64,000 bases of DNA. Source: Candidatus Acidiferrum sp. (GTDB taxonomy: Bacteria > Acidobacteriota > Terriglobia > Acidiferrales > UBA7541). This document shows, one piece after another, positions 36,219 through 45,355 of the stretch (position 1 is its first letter; each line of letters begins with the position of its first letter). Made by a program: the position numbers and the translations under genes. The notes under the pieces were generated by a model that had not been told where the DNA came from, searched no databases, and saw nothing but the letters and a program-made list of their open reading frames with translations. The stretch is from contig DATLVZ010000005.1 of NCBI GenBank assembly GCA_035576885.1, forward strand, positions 13,927 through 77,926, read 5' to 3'.

Positions 36219-38996
36219 ATGGTGAGCAGCCGATCTGCGATGGCTGTAGTTCTGGCGTGGGCTGCGGCCATGGCCTCCCCGCTGTTGCTCAACGCGCAAA
36301 CAGAAGCGCCGCTGGCGGCAACCCATCTGCGCTGCGAATACATGGTCGATCCGCTGGGGATAGATGTGAGGAAGCCCCGGCTGAGCTGGGAGTTAACTAG
36401 CGCGGAAAAGGGAGTGATGCAGACGAGCTACGAAGTGCGTGTAGCGGCCTCGGAAGAGGAGTTGGCGAAAGGAAAACTGATTTGGGATAGCGGGAGGCAG
36501 GCGTCGGACTCGTCGATTCAGGTGGAATACGGCGGTCCCGCGCTCGCGAGCGAACGGATTTATTTCTGGCAGGTGCGCGTGGCGGACAATCACGGACATT
36601 TGTCGGAGTGGAGCAGGGCAGCGCGCTGGGAAATGGGTTTGCTCGAGGCCGCGGATTGGAAAGCCAATTGGATTACGCCAAATGTTCCCGAGGATGAGAC
36701 CAAGTCGAACCCTTCGCCGATGTTGCGAAGTGAATTTTCCGTGAAGAAAAGAGTCGAACGTGCGCGGCTCTATGCGACGGCGATGGGTCTTTACGAACTG
36801 TCTCTAAACGGCAAGCGCGTGGGCGACCAGTACTTTACTCCGGGTTGGACGGCCTACGATTTTCGCTACCAATATCAGACCTACGATGTGACCAGCCTAG
36901 TGAAGAGCGGAGAGAACTGCCTCGGGGCCGTGCTGGGAGATGGATGGTTTCGCGGCAGGCTGGCGTGGAACAACAGGCGCAACAGTTACGGCAAGAAGCT
37001 GGCGCTGCTCGCGCAACTTGTGATTACGTACACGGACGGGAAGCAAGAGATTGTCGGCAGCGACGACAAGTGGAAAGCAGCAACAGGCGCCATTCTCGAA
37101 TCCGACATTTATAACGGCGAGACCTACGACGCGCGCCTCGAGCGCACCGGTTGGAACGAACCGGGTTACAAAGACGGCGATTGGAAGGGAGTCACGGTCA
37201 TTGAGGCTCCGAAAGCCAAGCTGGTCGCGCCGGCCGGGCCCTCGGTGAAAGAAATCGAAGAAATCAAGCCGGTGAAGGTGTGGCACACACCGGCGGGGGA
37301 TACCGTCCTCGACATGGGCCAGAACATGGTCGGCTGGATGAAGTTCCGCTTAGCCGCGCCTGCAGGTACGACCGTTACTCTGCGCCACGCGGAGGTGCTG
37401 GACAAAGAGGGGAATTTTTATACCGAGAATCTGCGGTCGGCGAAGGAAACGATTCGCTACACCAGCAAAGGTGGCGGAACGGAAACGTTCAAGCCGCATT
37501 TTAGTTTTCAGGGATTTCGATACGTGGCCGTGAGCGGCTGGCCGGGCGAAGTGAAGCCCGAAGATTTTACGGGGATCATTGTACATTCGGCGATGGAGCG
37601 GACCGGGACATTTGAAACCTCCAATCCCATGCTCAACCAGCTCGAGCACAACATCATTTGGGGACAGAAAGGCAATTTTGTGGATGTGCCGACGGATTGT
37701 CCGCAGCGCGATGAGCGACTGGGATGGACCGGAGACGCAGAAGTCTTTGCCCCGACTGCATCCTTCAATTTCGACACGGCCGGTTTTTACACCAAGTGGC
37801 TAAAAGATGTAGCCCTCGATCAGGAAGACGATGGCGCCGTGCCGTTCGTGATTCCGAATGTCCTGTCGCACACCACACGAAAGGGAGAAGCGGCATCGGC
37901 GGGATGGGCGGATGTGGCCACCGTGGTCCCGTGGACGGTCTATCAATCCTTCGGCGACAAGCGAATTTTGGAGGAGCAGTACCCGAGCATGAAGGCCTGG
38001 GTCAAATACATGCGGCGTGCCTCTGGGGAAAGCTATCTCTGGAAGAGTGGATTCAGTTTCGGCGATTGGCTTGCGTTCGCCACGACGCAGTCGGATTATC
38101 CCGGAGCGACGACGGACAAAGACTTGATCCAGACGGCCTACTTTGCACGGTCGACCGAGTTGCTCGCAAAAACTGCTGAAGTGTTAGTCAAAAAGGAAGA
38201 CGCGCAGAACTACACTGCACTCGAGGAAAAAATCAAAAGCGCGTTTCAGAAAGAGTTCGTGACGCCGAATGGCAGGCTTGCTTCCAACACGCAGACAGCC
38301 TACGCCTTAGCTCTGGCGTTTGGCCTCTTGCCTGAATCGCAGCGAGCCGAGGCGGCAGCGCGCCTCGCGGCCGACGTCAGGAAATTTGGCCATTTGACCA
38401 CGGGATTTCTGGGCACGCCCGTCCTTTGCCAGACCCTGAGCGATTACGGCTATCTGGATGAAGCGTACATGCTTCTCAACCGAAAGGAATATCCCTCGTG
38501 GCTCTATCCGGTGACAAAAGGTGCGACCACGATCTGGGAGAGATGGGACGGGATCAAGCCGGACGGAAGCTTTCAAAGTCCCTCGATGAATTCGTTCAAT
38601 CACTACGCTTACGGCGCCATCGGCGACTGGATGTACCGCGTGGTCGCGGGGATTCAGATTGATGAGGCCGCGCCGGGCTATAAACACATTTTGATACAGC
38701 CAAACCCCGGAGGTGGATTGACGCGCGCGAGCGCGTCGGTCGATAGCATGTACGGGCGCGTGGCTTCGGCGTGGGAGATTGCCGGCGGAAAGTTGACGTT
38801 GCGGATTGAAGTTCCGGCGAATGCGACCGCGACCGTACGTTTGCCACACGCCAAGCTGCAGGAAGTGAGCGAGGGCAGGAAGCCTTTGGCGGACCGCTCG
38901 GATATTTCTCAACTGCGGCAAGTCGAAGGTGCCGTTTTGTTGGATGTTGGCTCTGGAAAATATGTTTTTGAGTGCGCCGATTCAAAGACGAAATAG
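36219..38996 (+). CDS. Secreted alpha-L-rhamnosidase, GH78
   Basis: Signal peptide, then YFWQVRV...LYATAMGLYELSLNGKRVGDQYFTPGWT...VDVPTDCPQRDERLGWTGDA...TIWERWDG, the characteristic Bac_rhamnosid blocks. Confidence 0.85.
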   Translation: MVSSRSAMAVVLAWAAAMASPLLLNAQTEAPLAATHLRCEYMVDPLGIDVRKPRLSWELTSAEKGVMQTSYEVRVAASEEELAKGKLIWDSGRQASDSSIQVEYGGPALASERIYFWQVRVADNHGHLSEWSRAARWEMGLLEAADWKANWITPNVPEDETKSNPSPMLRSEFSVKKRVERARLYATAMGLYELSLNGKRVGDQYFTPGWTAYDFRYQYQTYDVTSLVKSGENCLGAVLGDGWFRGRLAWNNRRNSYGKKLALLAQLVITYTDGKQEIVGSDDKWKAATGAILESDIYNGETYDARLERTGWNEPGYKDGDWKGVTVIEAPKAKLVAPAGPSVKEIEEIKPVKVWHTPAGDTVLDMGQNMVGWMKFRLAAPAGTTVTLRHAEVLDKEGNFYTENLRSAKETIRYTSKGGGTETFKPHFSFQGFRYVAVSGWPGEVKPEDFTGIIVHSAMERTGTFETSNPMLNQLEHNIIWGQKGNFVDVPTDCPQRDERLGWTGDAEVFAPTASFNFDTAGFYTKWLKDVALDQEDDGAVPFVIPNVLSHTTRKGEAASAGWADVATVVPWTVYQSFGDKRILEEQYPSMKAWVKYMRRASGESYLWKSGFSFGDWLAFATTQSDYPGATTDKDLIQTAYFARSTELLAKTAEVLVKKEDAQNYTALEEKIKSAFQKEFVTPNGRLASNTQTAYALALAFGLLPESQRAEAAARLAADVRKFGHLTTGFLGTPVLCQTLSDYGYLDEAYMLLNRKEYPSWLYPVTKGATTIWERWDGIKPDGSFQSPSMNSFNHYAYGAIGDWMYRVVAGIQIDEAAPGYKHILIQPNPGGGLTRASASVDSMYGRVASAWEIAGGKLTLRIEVPANATATVRLPHAKLQEVSEGRKPLADRSDISQLRQVEGAVLLDVGSGKYVFECADSKTK

Positions 38997-39077
38997 GAAT
39001 GACTGGCGCACGTGACGCGATATTTGAAACCGCGGAACAGCCCCGATCGGTCGGCGAAGGATTCTTGATCGAGGCGC

Positions 39078-40103
39078 TCAGCCCAGGCCGAGGTGGGTGA
39101 GCTGATATTGGCCTTTGGAAATCACCTGATCGTCGTCGATCCACACGTCGCAGTTGCGGGTAAGGACATCGACGTGCGTCTTCGATTTCCAGTCGGCGTG
39201 CGTCTGGCTACCGTAAGGATCCCCGAAAGCGATATGTACTCCGGGAAATTTTTCGTCCTGCAGAAGAACGCCAATCATTTCGGATAGGCCGAGGTTGGTC
39301 CCGAAGGCCAGTTCGCCTACGCGATCGCTGTTTTCGTCGGTGTGGCAATACTGCCAGAATTCCTCTTCTAAATCCTTGCGCGCGCAATCGACGGCCGTAA
39401 GGCGTGCGCCTTCGATCGTCAGCACGAGCGGAGTGGTTTGCAAATCTCCGTACTTGCCATTGAAATGATCGCCGGCTGTGGCGTCACAGACAAAGGTGCC
39501 GTCAACTGTTGCCGGAGTTGTGAAAACTTCGCCGGCTGGTAAGTTGGACCAGTAGCGCGGGCTGATAAGGCCGCTTGTTTTTACCCAGTCCAGGCCGCGA
39601 TCGAAGTGGGCGGCGAAGGATGTGCCTGCTTCTGTCTTCACGGTGAGTGTTTCCGCGCGAAGCATACGTTCCCGGAGCTTGTCGCTGAGGCGGTCCACCA
39701 TGCGGTAATCGGCGCGCATTCCTTGCTTCATGATTTCGGGCGTTACCCCGACCATGTGCGCGTAGCGAATTTGACGCCGCTCGACGACTCGAACGATGGC
39801 CATGCGCGCACCGAGTTCACCAGGTTGCGGGCTCATGCACATCACGCCCGCGTCAGCCGCCTCAAGTGCTTGCAGTACGGCCGGTGGCGCCACGGTCATA
39901 GGGCGAGGGCCAAAGTCTTCGAGGAGCAGACCGGTGTATTGTGCGTGACGGTCTTCGATGGCGGCGGCGATGCTTGCGGCGACGGCTCTGCTGGCTTCAT
40001 CAGCGATGAGGGCGACGTGCTCGCCCGGGTGGACGTTGAGGCAAGTTTCCACGGCGTTTCTAGCGCCCGGCATCAACTGAGGCTCTGGGAGGCCAAAGTA
40101 CAT
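39078..40103 (-). CDS. Aminopeptidase, M29 (AmpS/PepS-like) family
   Basis: 341 aa. Blocks VALIADEASRAVAASIA...GEVFTTP...ELAFGTN...HVDV recall thermophilic metalloaminopeptidases. The start is uncertain (40103 or 40073). Confidence 0.55.
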   Translation of the reverse strand: MYFGLPEPQLMPGARNAVETCLNVHPGEHVALIADEASRAVAASIAAAIEDRHAQYTGLLLEDFGPRPMTVAPPAVLQALEAADAGVMCMSPQPGELGARMAIVRVVERRQIRYAHMVGVTPEIMKQGMRADYRMVDRLSDKLRERMLRAETLTVKTEAGTSFAAHFDRGLDWVKTSGLISPRYWSNLPAGEVFTTPATVDGTFVCDATAGDHFNGKYGDLQTTPLVLTIEGARLTAVDCARKDLEEEFWQYCHTDENSDRVGELAFGTNLGLSEMIGVLLQDEKFPGVHIAFGDPYGSQTHADWKSKTHVDVLTRNCDVWIDDDQVISKGQYQLTHLGLG

Positions 40104-40142
40104 CTTTTTATCTTACCAATTCTCAGGCAACTTGCCAGGTGC

Positions 40143-40347
40143 CTATCCTGCACGAAACTCCTCGAGAGTAAACCCGGCGTCTTTAAGGATCCGGAGGAAT
40201 AGTCCCTTTGGCAGGTCATTTCCGCGATGCTGGTACTGTGAGCGTCTTGCGATCGGGATGCTTCAGTATCAGATGGGACCCTGCCTGGCGGGCTTCGACA
40301 TAGCCGTTAGCACACAAAAAGCGAACTAATTCGCGAGCGTTAGGCAT
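40143..40347 (-). pseudogene. hicA: hicA-type toxin gene disrupted by a frameshift
   Basis: ATG 40347 gives MPNARELVRFLCANGYVEARQAGSHLILKHPDRKTLTVP, then ASRK and a stop. Shifting one base at about 40229-40233 restores HRGNDLPKGLFLRILKDAGFTLEEFRAG and a stop. The span is 205 nt, which is not a multiple of 3. Confidence 0.7.
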
Positions 40348-40360
40348 ACCTCATCGTTTC

Positions 40361-40588
40361 TTATTCGATGGCGACAGAAACGGTCTCAGAATAGATCGTG
40401 CGGGCAGCAGGAATCGGTTTGCCATCCTTTTTGCACTCCAGGATGTAAAGCCGAATTCCCTCCAACATGCTGGTCTTTGCTTCTTCGATTGAGTCGCCGA
40501 GGCCATATACGCCCGGCAAGTCTTCACTGTAGGCGTAATACTGCCCATCTTCTCTTTCGATGGAAATCGGATAAGTATAGTGGGTCAC
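40361..40588 (-). CDS. hicB: HicB-like antitoxin (UPF0150, no DNA-binding extension)
   Basis: 75 aa: YPISIEREDGQYYAYSEDLPGVYGLGDSIEEAKTSMLEGIRLYI is a typical HicB N-domain pattern. It lies 13 nt upstream of hicA. Confidence 0.7.
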   Translation of the reverse strand: MTHYTYPISIEREDGQYYAYSEDLPGVYGLGDSIEEAKTSMLEGIRLYILECKKDGKPIPAARTIYSETVSVAIE

Positions 40589-40645
40589 TATAGTAAATCG
40601 TAGCTGGCAAAACGTGGCGAATCAAGGTGTTCCTATTCGCCGTGT

Positions 40646-42040
40646 TTATGCATTAGCCGTTCGCGGGCTGACGCGGAAGGCTGGAACCTGGCCGCCGCCG
40701 CTGGTCACATTGGCTAGGCCTGTGGCGCTGAGGCGGGTCAAAAAGCCGCAGACTTTTCCACGGAAGAGATAGGGCGCGAAATCGACAAGCATGTCGCGGT
40801 AATCGACTCTGCCAACGTCGGCGATGTAGGGGAATATTTCGCGGCGAATGGGAATGCGCTCTTGGACAATCCACGCGCCATTTTTTGCGGAGAGAGCGCG
40901 GCCGATGGCGGCGTCCCATTCGGCTTCGTCGGTCTCCCAGCCGAGAGTTACGCCGGTGCCGCCGTATTCGTCGCTCGGCTTGAGCACAAGATTTTCTCGC
41001 TCCTTGTCGATAAAGGCGAGAAGCTCGATCGTCTGGCCATAGCGAGCTGTCTTCACGTCGGCCACCACGCGCGTCCACGGGATATGGCGGCGAATGAGTT
41101 CGCGCTCGTCGTGCGAAAAAAGCGCGCCGTTTTGCTCGTCGGTGAGAACCGCGAAGAACGCTTTTACATGCGGGATTTTGCAGCGAAACGTGTTGGCCAC
41201 GCAGACCGCGTTGGCCGTATACGCTCTTACGAGGGCTGCACACTCCGTGGGTTTTGCCACGATGTCATTGATGAGGATGCGGCGGTAAACAAAATCGATT
41301 TTTTTGCCGTGCGCGAAAAGCCGCTGGCCATCGAAGCGGAGTTCGCGCGGATCTGCGAGGACGATGGGGACGCCCAGCTTTTCAAAACGGGCTTTCAGAA
41401 TCTCAAATTCACTCCATGTTGGAACTTCCTTCCAATCCACAATCGCAATTTGCGGAGGATTGGCCGAGCCGCCCCAGTCCTTATAGCTCATCACCAGAGC
41501 ATCGAGGAGTTTGGCGCTGAGCGGATAACTATGAACTGAATAATGCTGCGCGAATTTCCCCATCACCGGAAGCTCGCGAAATATTTCCGCAAGTGTTTCC
41601 GCGTAACCTGCGCCTGCCGGGGATTCTCCGTTGTACTCGGCGAATTTGAGCGAATCCGGCAAGAGGAATGCATCGAGGCGAGACGCGGTGCTGGCGCGGC
41701 CGTAGGCGACAGGGAGGCGGGCCAAGCGCTCTTCCTCGGGACGCAAATGAAATTGGGCAAAGAGATGTTTGTCTTCAAGCGCGGCGGTCACGAGGCGCTC
41801 GCCGAGATCGGCGATGGTTTCCGCAACCGTGCGCACTCGCTCTTCCTCTTCCGGCGAGAGAAAAAACGGACGCAGGAAAGGGCAGTGGACACGGTCGCCG
41901 AAAGTGAGGTTTGCGCGGCGCAGCCTTTTAACCAAGTCTTCCGGGAGAGCGGGAAGGCGCAGGAGCGTGGCCTTCAGGATGTCGGTCCAATCCCCGGCAG
42001 GATTCGGAGGAGTCATCGAAGTTGTCGGCGCGCTAGTCAT
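40646..42040 (-). CDS. ATP-grasp-superfamily amidoligase, glutathionylspermidine-synthase-like / circularly permuted type
   Basis: 464 aa. RLDAFLLPDSLKFAEYNGESPAGAGY (pre-ATP-grasp R.D...E.N...P.G pattern)...NLVLKPSDEYGGTGVTLG...WIVQERIP...SGGGQVPAF. ATGA overlap with the upstream gene. Confidence 0.55.
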   Translation of the reverse strand: MTSAPTTSMTPPNPAGDWTDILKATLLRLPALPEDLVKRLRRANLTFGDRVHCPFLRPFFLSPEEEERVRTVAETIADLGERLVTAALEDKHLFAQFHLRPEEERLARLPVAYGRASTASRLDAFLLPDSLKFAEYNGESPAGAGYAETLAEIFRELPVMGKFAQHYSVHSYPLSAKLLDALVMSYKDWGGSANPPQIAIVDWKEVPTWSEFEILKARFEKLGVPIVLADPRELRFDGQRLFAHGKKIDFVYRRILINDIVAKPTECAALVRAYTANAVCVANTFRCKIPHVKAFFAVLTDEQNGALFSHDERELIRRHIPWTRVVADVKTARYGQTIELLAFIDKERENLVLKPSDEYGGTGVTLGWETDEAEWDAAIGRALSAKNGAWIVQERIPIRREIFPYIADVGRVDYRDMLVDFAPYLFRGKVCGFLTRLSATGLANVTSGGGQVPAFRVSPRTANA

Positions 42041-43080
42041 TTTGCTTTGGGTTCTGGCGATGGCGAAGAGAAGCTCGCAGCCGGACGGGGCGCCGATGAT
42101 TGGCCAGCTGCTATGCTCTTGGGCGTGCCGGTAAATCCACTGGCCGCGCCAACTCCGAGCATTTCTTCCCATCGGGGCCAGGGATTCGAAGCATCGCCTT
42201 GGAGCGCGCGGTCGATGACCAGCCGGGCCATCTTATCGACAACGTGCTCGAAATAAAATTCAGAGATGCGGTCGCGTTCAAAATCCGGAGCAGGGTTCAA
42301 GAAATCGATGGCATAGGGGATGCCATCCTGGACGGCGAATTCGATGGTATTCATCTCGTAGCCCAGGGCTAGATTGATAGTCTGCGCATCCTTCACAACG
42401 CGGGCTCCAAGTTCGGAAGACAAATACTTATGATCGACGAGATACTTCCGCTCCTTGGGATCGTAGTGAACTGGCAGAATATCGGATTTTCCAAACGTGA
42501 AGCAGCGGACGTATTGCGTAAAGTCGACGTACTCCTGAAGGGTCATGCAATAAGGCGAGGTCTTGTCGTAGGCGGCGAGGAGTTCTTCCTTATTATGGAC
42601 TTTGTAGACGTGTTTCCAGCCTCCTCCAGAAAAAGGTTTGAGAATGGCGGGGCGTCCGACGTAATCAAGCAGTCGTTCCCAGTCGACCGGATACTCGAGG
42701 TTGTGCAGCGATTCAGAAGTGATGTCCACATCGCTGGGATATCCTTTTTGCGGCAACAAAACCGTTTTCGGAATAGCGATGCCAAGTTTCGCAGCGACAG
42801 CGTAATTGAAAAATTTGTCGTCAGCGGTCCACCAAAACGGGTTATTGATGACGTAAGTTCCCTGGAGTACCGCATGCTTAAGGTAGCCGCGGTAATATTC
42901 GACCTCGTGCGAGATGCGGTCCACAATGACGCGATAGCCGGAGAGTTCGCCCATACGCGTCCCGCCAAGCTTTACAAATTCCGCCGCAACGCCATCTTTC
43001 TTTCCCAGCTCATTGACTCGCACGATAAAGGCCGGAGGAAAGCTGTACTCACGCCCGCAGAGAAGGCCAATCTTTTTCAT
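42037..43080 (-). CDS. ATP-grasp domain protein (RimK / glutathione-synthetase-like ligase)
   Basis: 347 aa. NPFWWTADDKFFNYAVAAKLGIAIPKTVLLP...GRPAILKPFSGGGWKHVYKV...EYVDF...YEMNTIEFAV...YAIDFLNPAPD. Confidence 0.6.
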   Translation of the reverse strand: MKKIGLLCGREYSFPPAFIVRVNELGKKDGVAAEFVKLGGTRMGELSGYRVIVDRISHEVEYYRGYLKHAVLQGTYVINNPFWWTADDKFFNYAVAAKLGIAIPKTVLLPQKGYPSDVDITSESLHNLEYPVDWERLLDYVGRPAILKPFSGGGWKHVYKVHNKEELLAAYDKTSPYCMTLQEYVDFTQYVRCFTFGKSDILPVHYDPKERKYLVDHKYLSSELGARVVKDAQTINLALGYEMNTIEFAVQDGIPYAIDFLNPAPDFERDRISEFYFEHVVDKMARLVIDRALQGDASNPWPRWEEMLGVGAASGFTGTPKSIAAGQSSAPRPAASFSSPSPEPKAK

Positions 43081-43129
43081 GCTGTCGCTCCTACAGGTGA
43101 TGCAGAGACCTGACGCCGTGCAGATGCCT

Positions 43130-44263
43130 CTAATTGATGGCGTGAGCCGATGAAGTCCGTGATTCAGCGACGCCGCGCGTTTCAGCGACCAGGTGCTTAA
43201 CAACCGCTTTGAGATCGCCTGTTTGCTGATAGACGCGCAATTGGCGTTCCGCGCTCGTGCCGTCCTTTAGAATCGTGTGGACGTATTCAACGGCGCTGCG
43301 GCTGCCAAGATCGTCCACGACGTCGTCTACAAAATCGAGCAACTCAAGCGCCAGTTCTCGCATGGGGACCTCGGCCTCCTTGCCGAAATCGATCAGCTTG
43401 CCTTCAATGCCATAGCGGGCGGCGCGCCATTTATTTTCTTCGATCAAGGCGCGCCGGTACAGGCGATAACTCTGGTTGCGCTCGTAGAGGCGGTGCAGCT
43501 TCACGATGATGGCTTGGGTGAGAGCCGCGATGGAAACCGCTTCTTCGACCTTCGTCGTTACGTCGAACATGCGAAACTCGAGAGTACCGAACATCGGGTG
43601 CGGCCGCACATCCCACCAGATTTTTTTCCCGTTGTCGATGCAGTTGAGTCTCACGAGGAGATTCACGAAGTCTTCATAGGCGCTCCAGGACTCGAATTGC
43701 TCCGGGATGCCGGTTCGCGGGAAACGGCGGAACACAGTGGTCCGGAAAGATTTCAATCCGGTGTTACGCCCCATCCAGAAAGGGGAACTCGTCGAGAGCG
43801 CGAGCAGGTGCGGCAAGAAGTAGCGGACCATGTTCATCATGTCGATGGTGGTCTGTTTGTCGGGCATCGCGACGTGAACGTGCATGCCGAAAATCAAGAG
43901 GGAGCGGGCGAGTTGTTGGAGCTCTTCGACGATGTGTTCGTAGCGTTCGCCGGGCGAAATGACCTGGTCAATCCAGCTGGAAAATGGGTGTGTGCCAGCG
44001 GCGGCAACCTGCAAACCAACGCGTTCGGCGGCAGCAACAAGCTCCCCGCGCGTACGGTGCATTTCGATGCGCAACTCGCCGACGTTCTCGCAGATTTTTG
44101 TGCCAGTCTCGACGATGGATTGATGCATTTCGTGTTTAACTTGGTCAACTATGTCGGGCGAAGCGGCGGAGACAAGTTGCATGACATGGGAGCGCAGGGC
44201 GCAGGTAGCGGGGTCAATGATCTGGAATTCTTCTTCAACGCCGATAGTGAAGCGGTGAGCCAT
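43130..44263 (-). CDS. Carboxylate-amine ligase, glutamate-cysteine ligase family 2 (YbdK-like)
   Basis: MAHRFTIGVEEEFQIIDPAT...AAGTHPFS...LLIFGMHVHVAMPD...LLALSTSSPFWMG...WWDVRPHPMFGTLEFRMFD. GGAGGG lies upstream of ATG 44263. Confidence 0.8.
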   Translation of the reverse strand: MAHRFTIGVEEEFQIIDPATCALRSHVMQLVSAASPDIVDQVKHEMHQSIVETGTKICENVGELRIEMHRTRGELVAAAERVGLQVAAAGTHPFSSWIDQVISPGERYEHIVEELQQLARSLLIFGMHVHVAMPDKQTTIDMMNMVRYFLPHLLALSTSSPFWMGRNTGLKSFRTTVFRRFPRTGIPEQFESWSAYEDFVNLLVRLNCIDNGKKIWWDVRPHPMFGTLEFRMFDVTTKVEEAVSIAALTQAIIVKLHRLYERNQSYRLYRRALIEENKWRAARYGIEGKLIDFGKEAEVPMRELALELLDFVDDVVDDLGSRSAVEYVHTILKDGTSAERQLRVYQQTGDLKAVVKHLVAETRGVAESRTSSAHAIN

Positions 44264-44532
44264 GAGGCGGCCCTCCGGGTGGACTTGGTGTTCGTGGGGC
44301 TTCGCAGGCGGTATCATACCCCGCAGGCAGGAAAAATACATCCTTACGCGATCGGATGGAAGTTAAGCAAGTTAAGATCGAGCAGCCGCTGAGAGTGGAC
44401 CTTTCCCGAACATTTGTGCAATCCCCATCAGCCTAGGTTTGTGGATTTTTTACAGCTCTCTGGCCTGGGCAGTTTGTCCGCGGGAACTTCTCTCTATAGC
44501 CGCAATTTGCTTTCATTAGCATTCGGCAGTCC

Positions 44533-44565
44533 ATAAAAAGTGGGACAGACACTCGTGTCTGTCCC
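44533..44565 (-). terminator. Intrinsic terminator downstream of the zinc-ribbon gene
   Basis: On the minus strand, GGGACAGACAC/GTGTCTGTCCC (inverted repeat of up to 11 bp, 44542-44565) is followed by ACTTTTTAT. Confidence 0.65.
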
Positions 44566-44643
44566 ATCGGATGTCCTGCTCGAATGGCCCGTTGGAGCTG
44601 ACTTCTAGTCCGCGGCTTCGAGCCGCGACGTAACGCCGCGACG

Positions 44644-44949
44644 TTACGCCGCGCCTAGCGCGCGCCGCTGCTGGAAGCACTCGCGGCAAAAGACGGGACG
44701 TCCCTGCGTGGGCCGAAACGGGACGGTCGTTTCTTTGCCGCACTGCGAGCAGGTCGTTTTCGTTTCCGAGCGCATCTGCGAAGCGCCGCCTCCTCCTCCG
44801 CCACCTTCGGCGCGCTTGGCCTTGCAACCCTTGCACCTTTTCGGCTCGTTCTTAAAGCCCTTGTCGGCGAAAAACATCTGTTCGCCGGCAGTAAAAACAA
44901 ACTCAGCGCCGCATTCCGAACACTTCAGGACTCTGTCGTGGTATTCCAT
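44644..44949 (-). CDS. Small double zinc-ribbon protein (zf-trcl-like)
   Basis: 101 aa. CSECGAEFVF...FFADKGF...PKRCKGC, a Gly7 linker, then CSQCGKETTVPF...RPVFCRECF. Confidence 0.65.
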   Translation of the reverse strand: MEYHDRVLKCSECGAEFVFTAGEQMFFADKGFKNEPKRCKGCKAKRAEGGGGGGGASQMRSETKTTCSQCGKETTVPFRPTQGRPVFCRECFQQRRALGAA

Positions 44950-45157
44950 GAGCCGCTCCCCCGTTGACCCAAGTCAGGAAGGGAGAAGGGCTCGTTTCGC
45001 AAAGGGGGCCAAGTTTTGTAGTCAAACCTGTAGTCCGGGGGTACCGGGCTGGGGTCCCTTGGGCCTAAGAATGCGAAGCTGCAACAGAAACCCAACTTCT
45101 CTGCCTAACCGGGGCCTAAATCACGGAAGTGCGGCGCTGAGCTGCCGCGGGAAGGCG

Positions 45158-45355
45158 TTAGTCCGCTTCCCGCCGCTGCTTCTTGCGCAATCGCTTCCGC
45201 GAAAGCGCTTCCTTGGCCCGGCGCTTCTCGCCGGGCTTCATGTAGAAGCTGTGCTTCTTGATTTCCTTGATGATATCTTCCTGTTGCACCTTGCGCTTGA
45301 AACGGCGCAGGGCATTTTCCAGAGACTCACTTTCCTGGATAATGACTTCGGCCAC
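45158..45355 (-). CDS. rpsU: 30S ribosomal protein S21
   Basis: VAEVIIQESESLENALRRFKRKVQQEDIIKEIKKHSFYMKPGEKRRAKE. GTG 45355 is preceded by GGGGGTGA. The track start TTG 45373 lies inside a hairpin. Confidence 0.85.
   Translation of the reverse strand: MAEVIIQESESLENALRRFKRKVQQEDIIKEIKKHSFYMKPGEKRRAKEALSRKRLRKKQRREAD

Noticed and set aside
44433-44516. 27-codon minus-strand ORF (MKANCGYREKFPRTNCPGQRAVKNPQT) upstream of the three-ligase operon; considered as a possible precursor or substrate peptide.
   Set aside because: It starts about 15-20 nt after the upstream gene's terminator with no promoter room. It has no ribosome-binding site and lies about 170 nt from the first ligase gene. It is probably a chance ORF, worth re-checking only if conserved in relatives.
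44770-44800. (CCT)n / Gly7-encoding trinucleotide run in the zinc-ribbon gene, and the A7/T7 homopolymers (for example 31522-31528 at the DinB start); considered as phase-variation tracts.
   Set aside because: The tracts are short (3 triplets; 7 nt). Slippage of the triplet run would stay in frame, and there is no evidence of contingency-locus behaviour from a single sequence.
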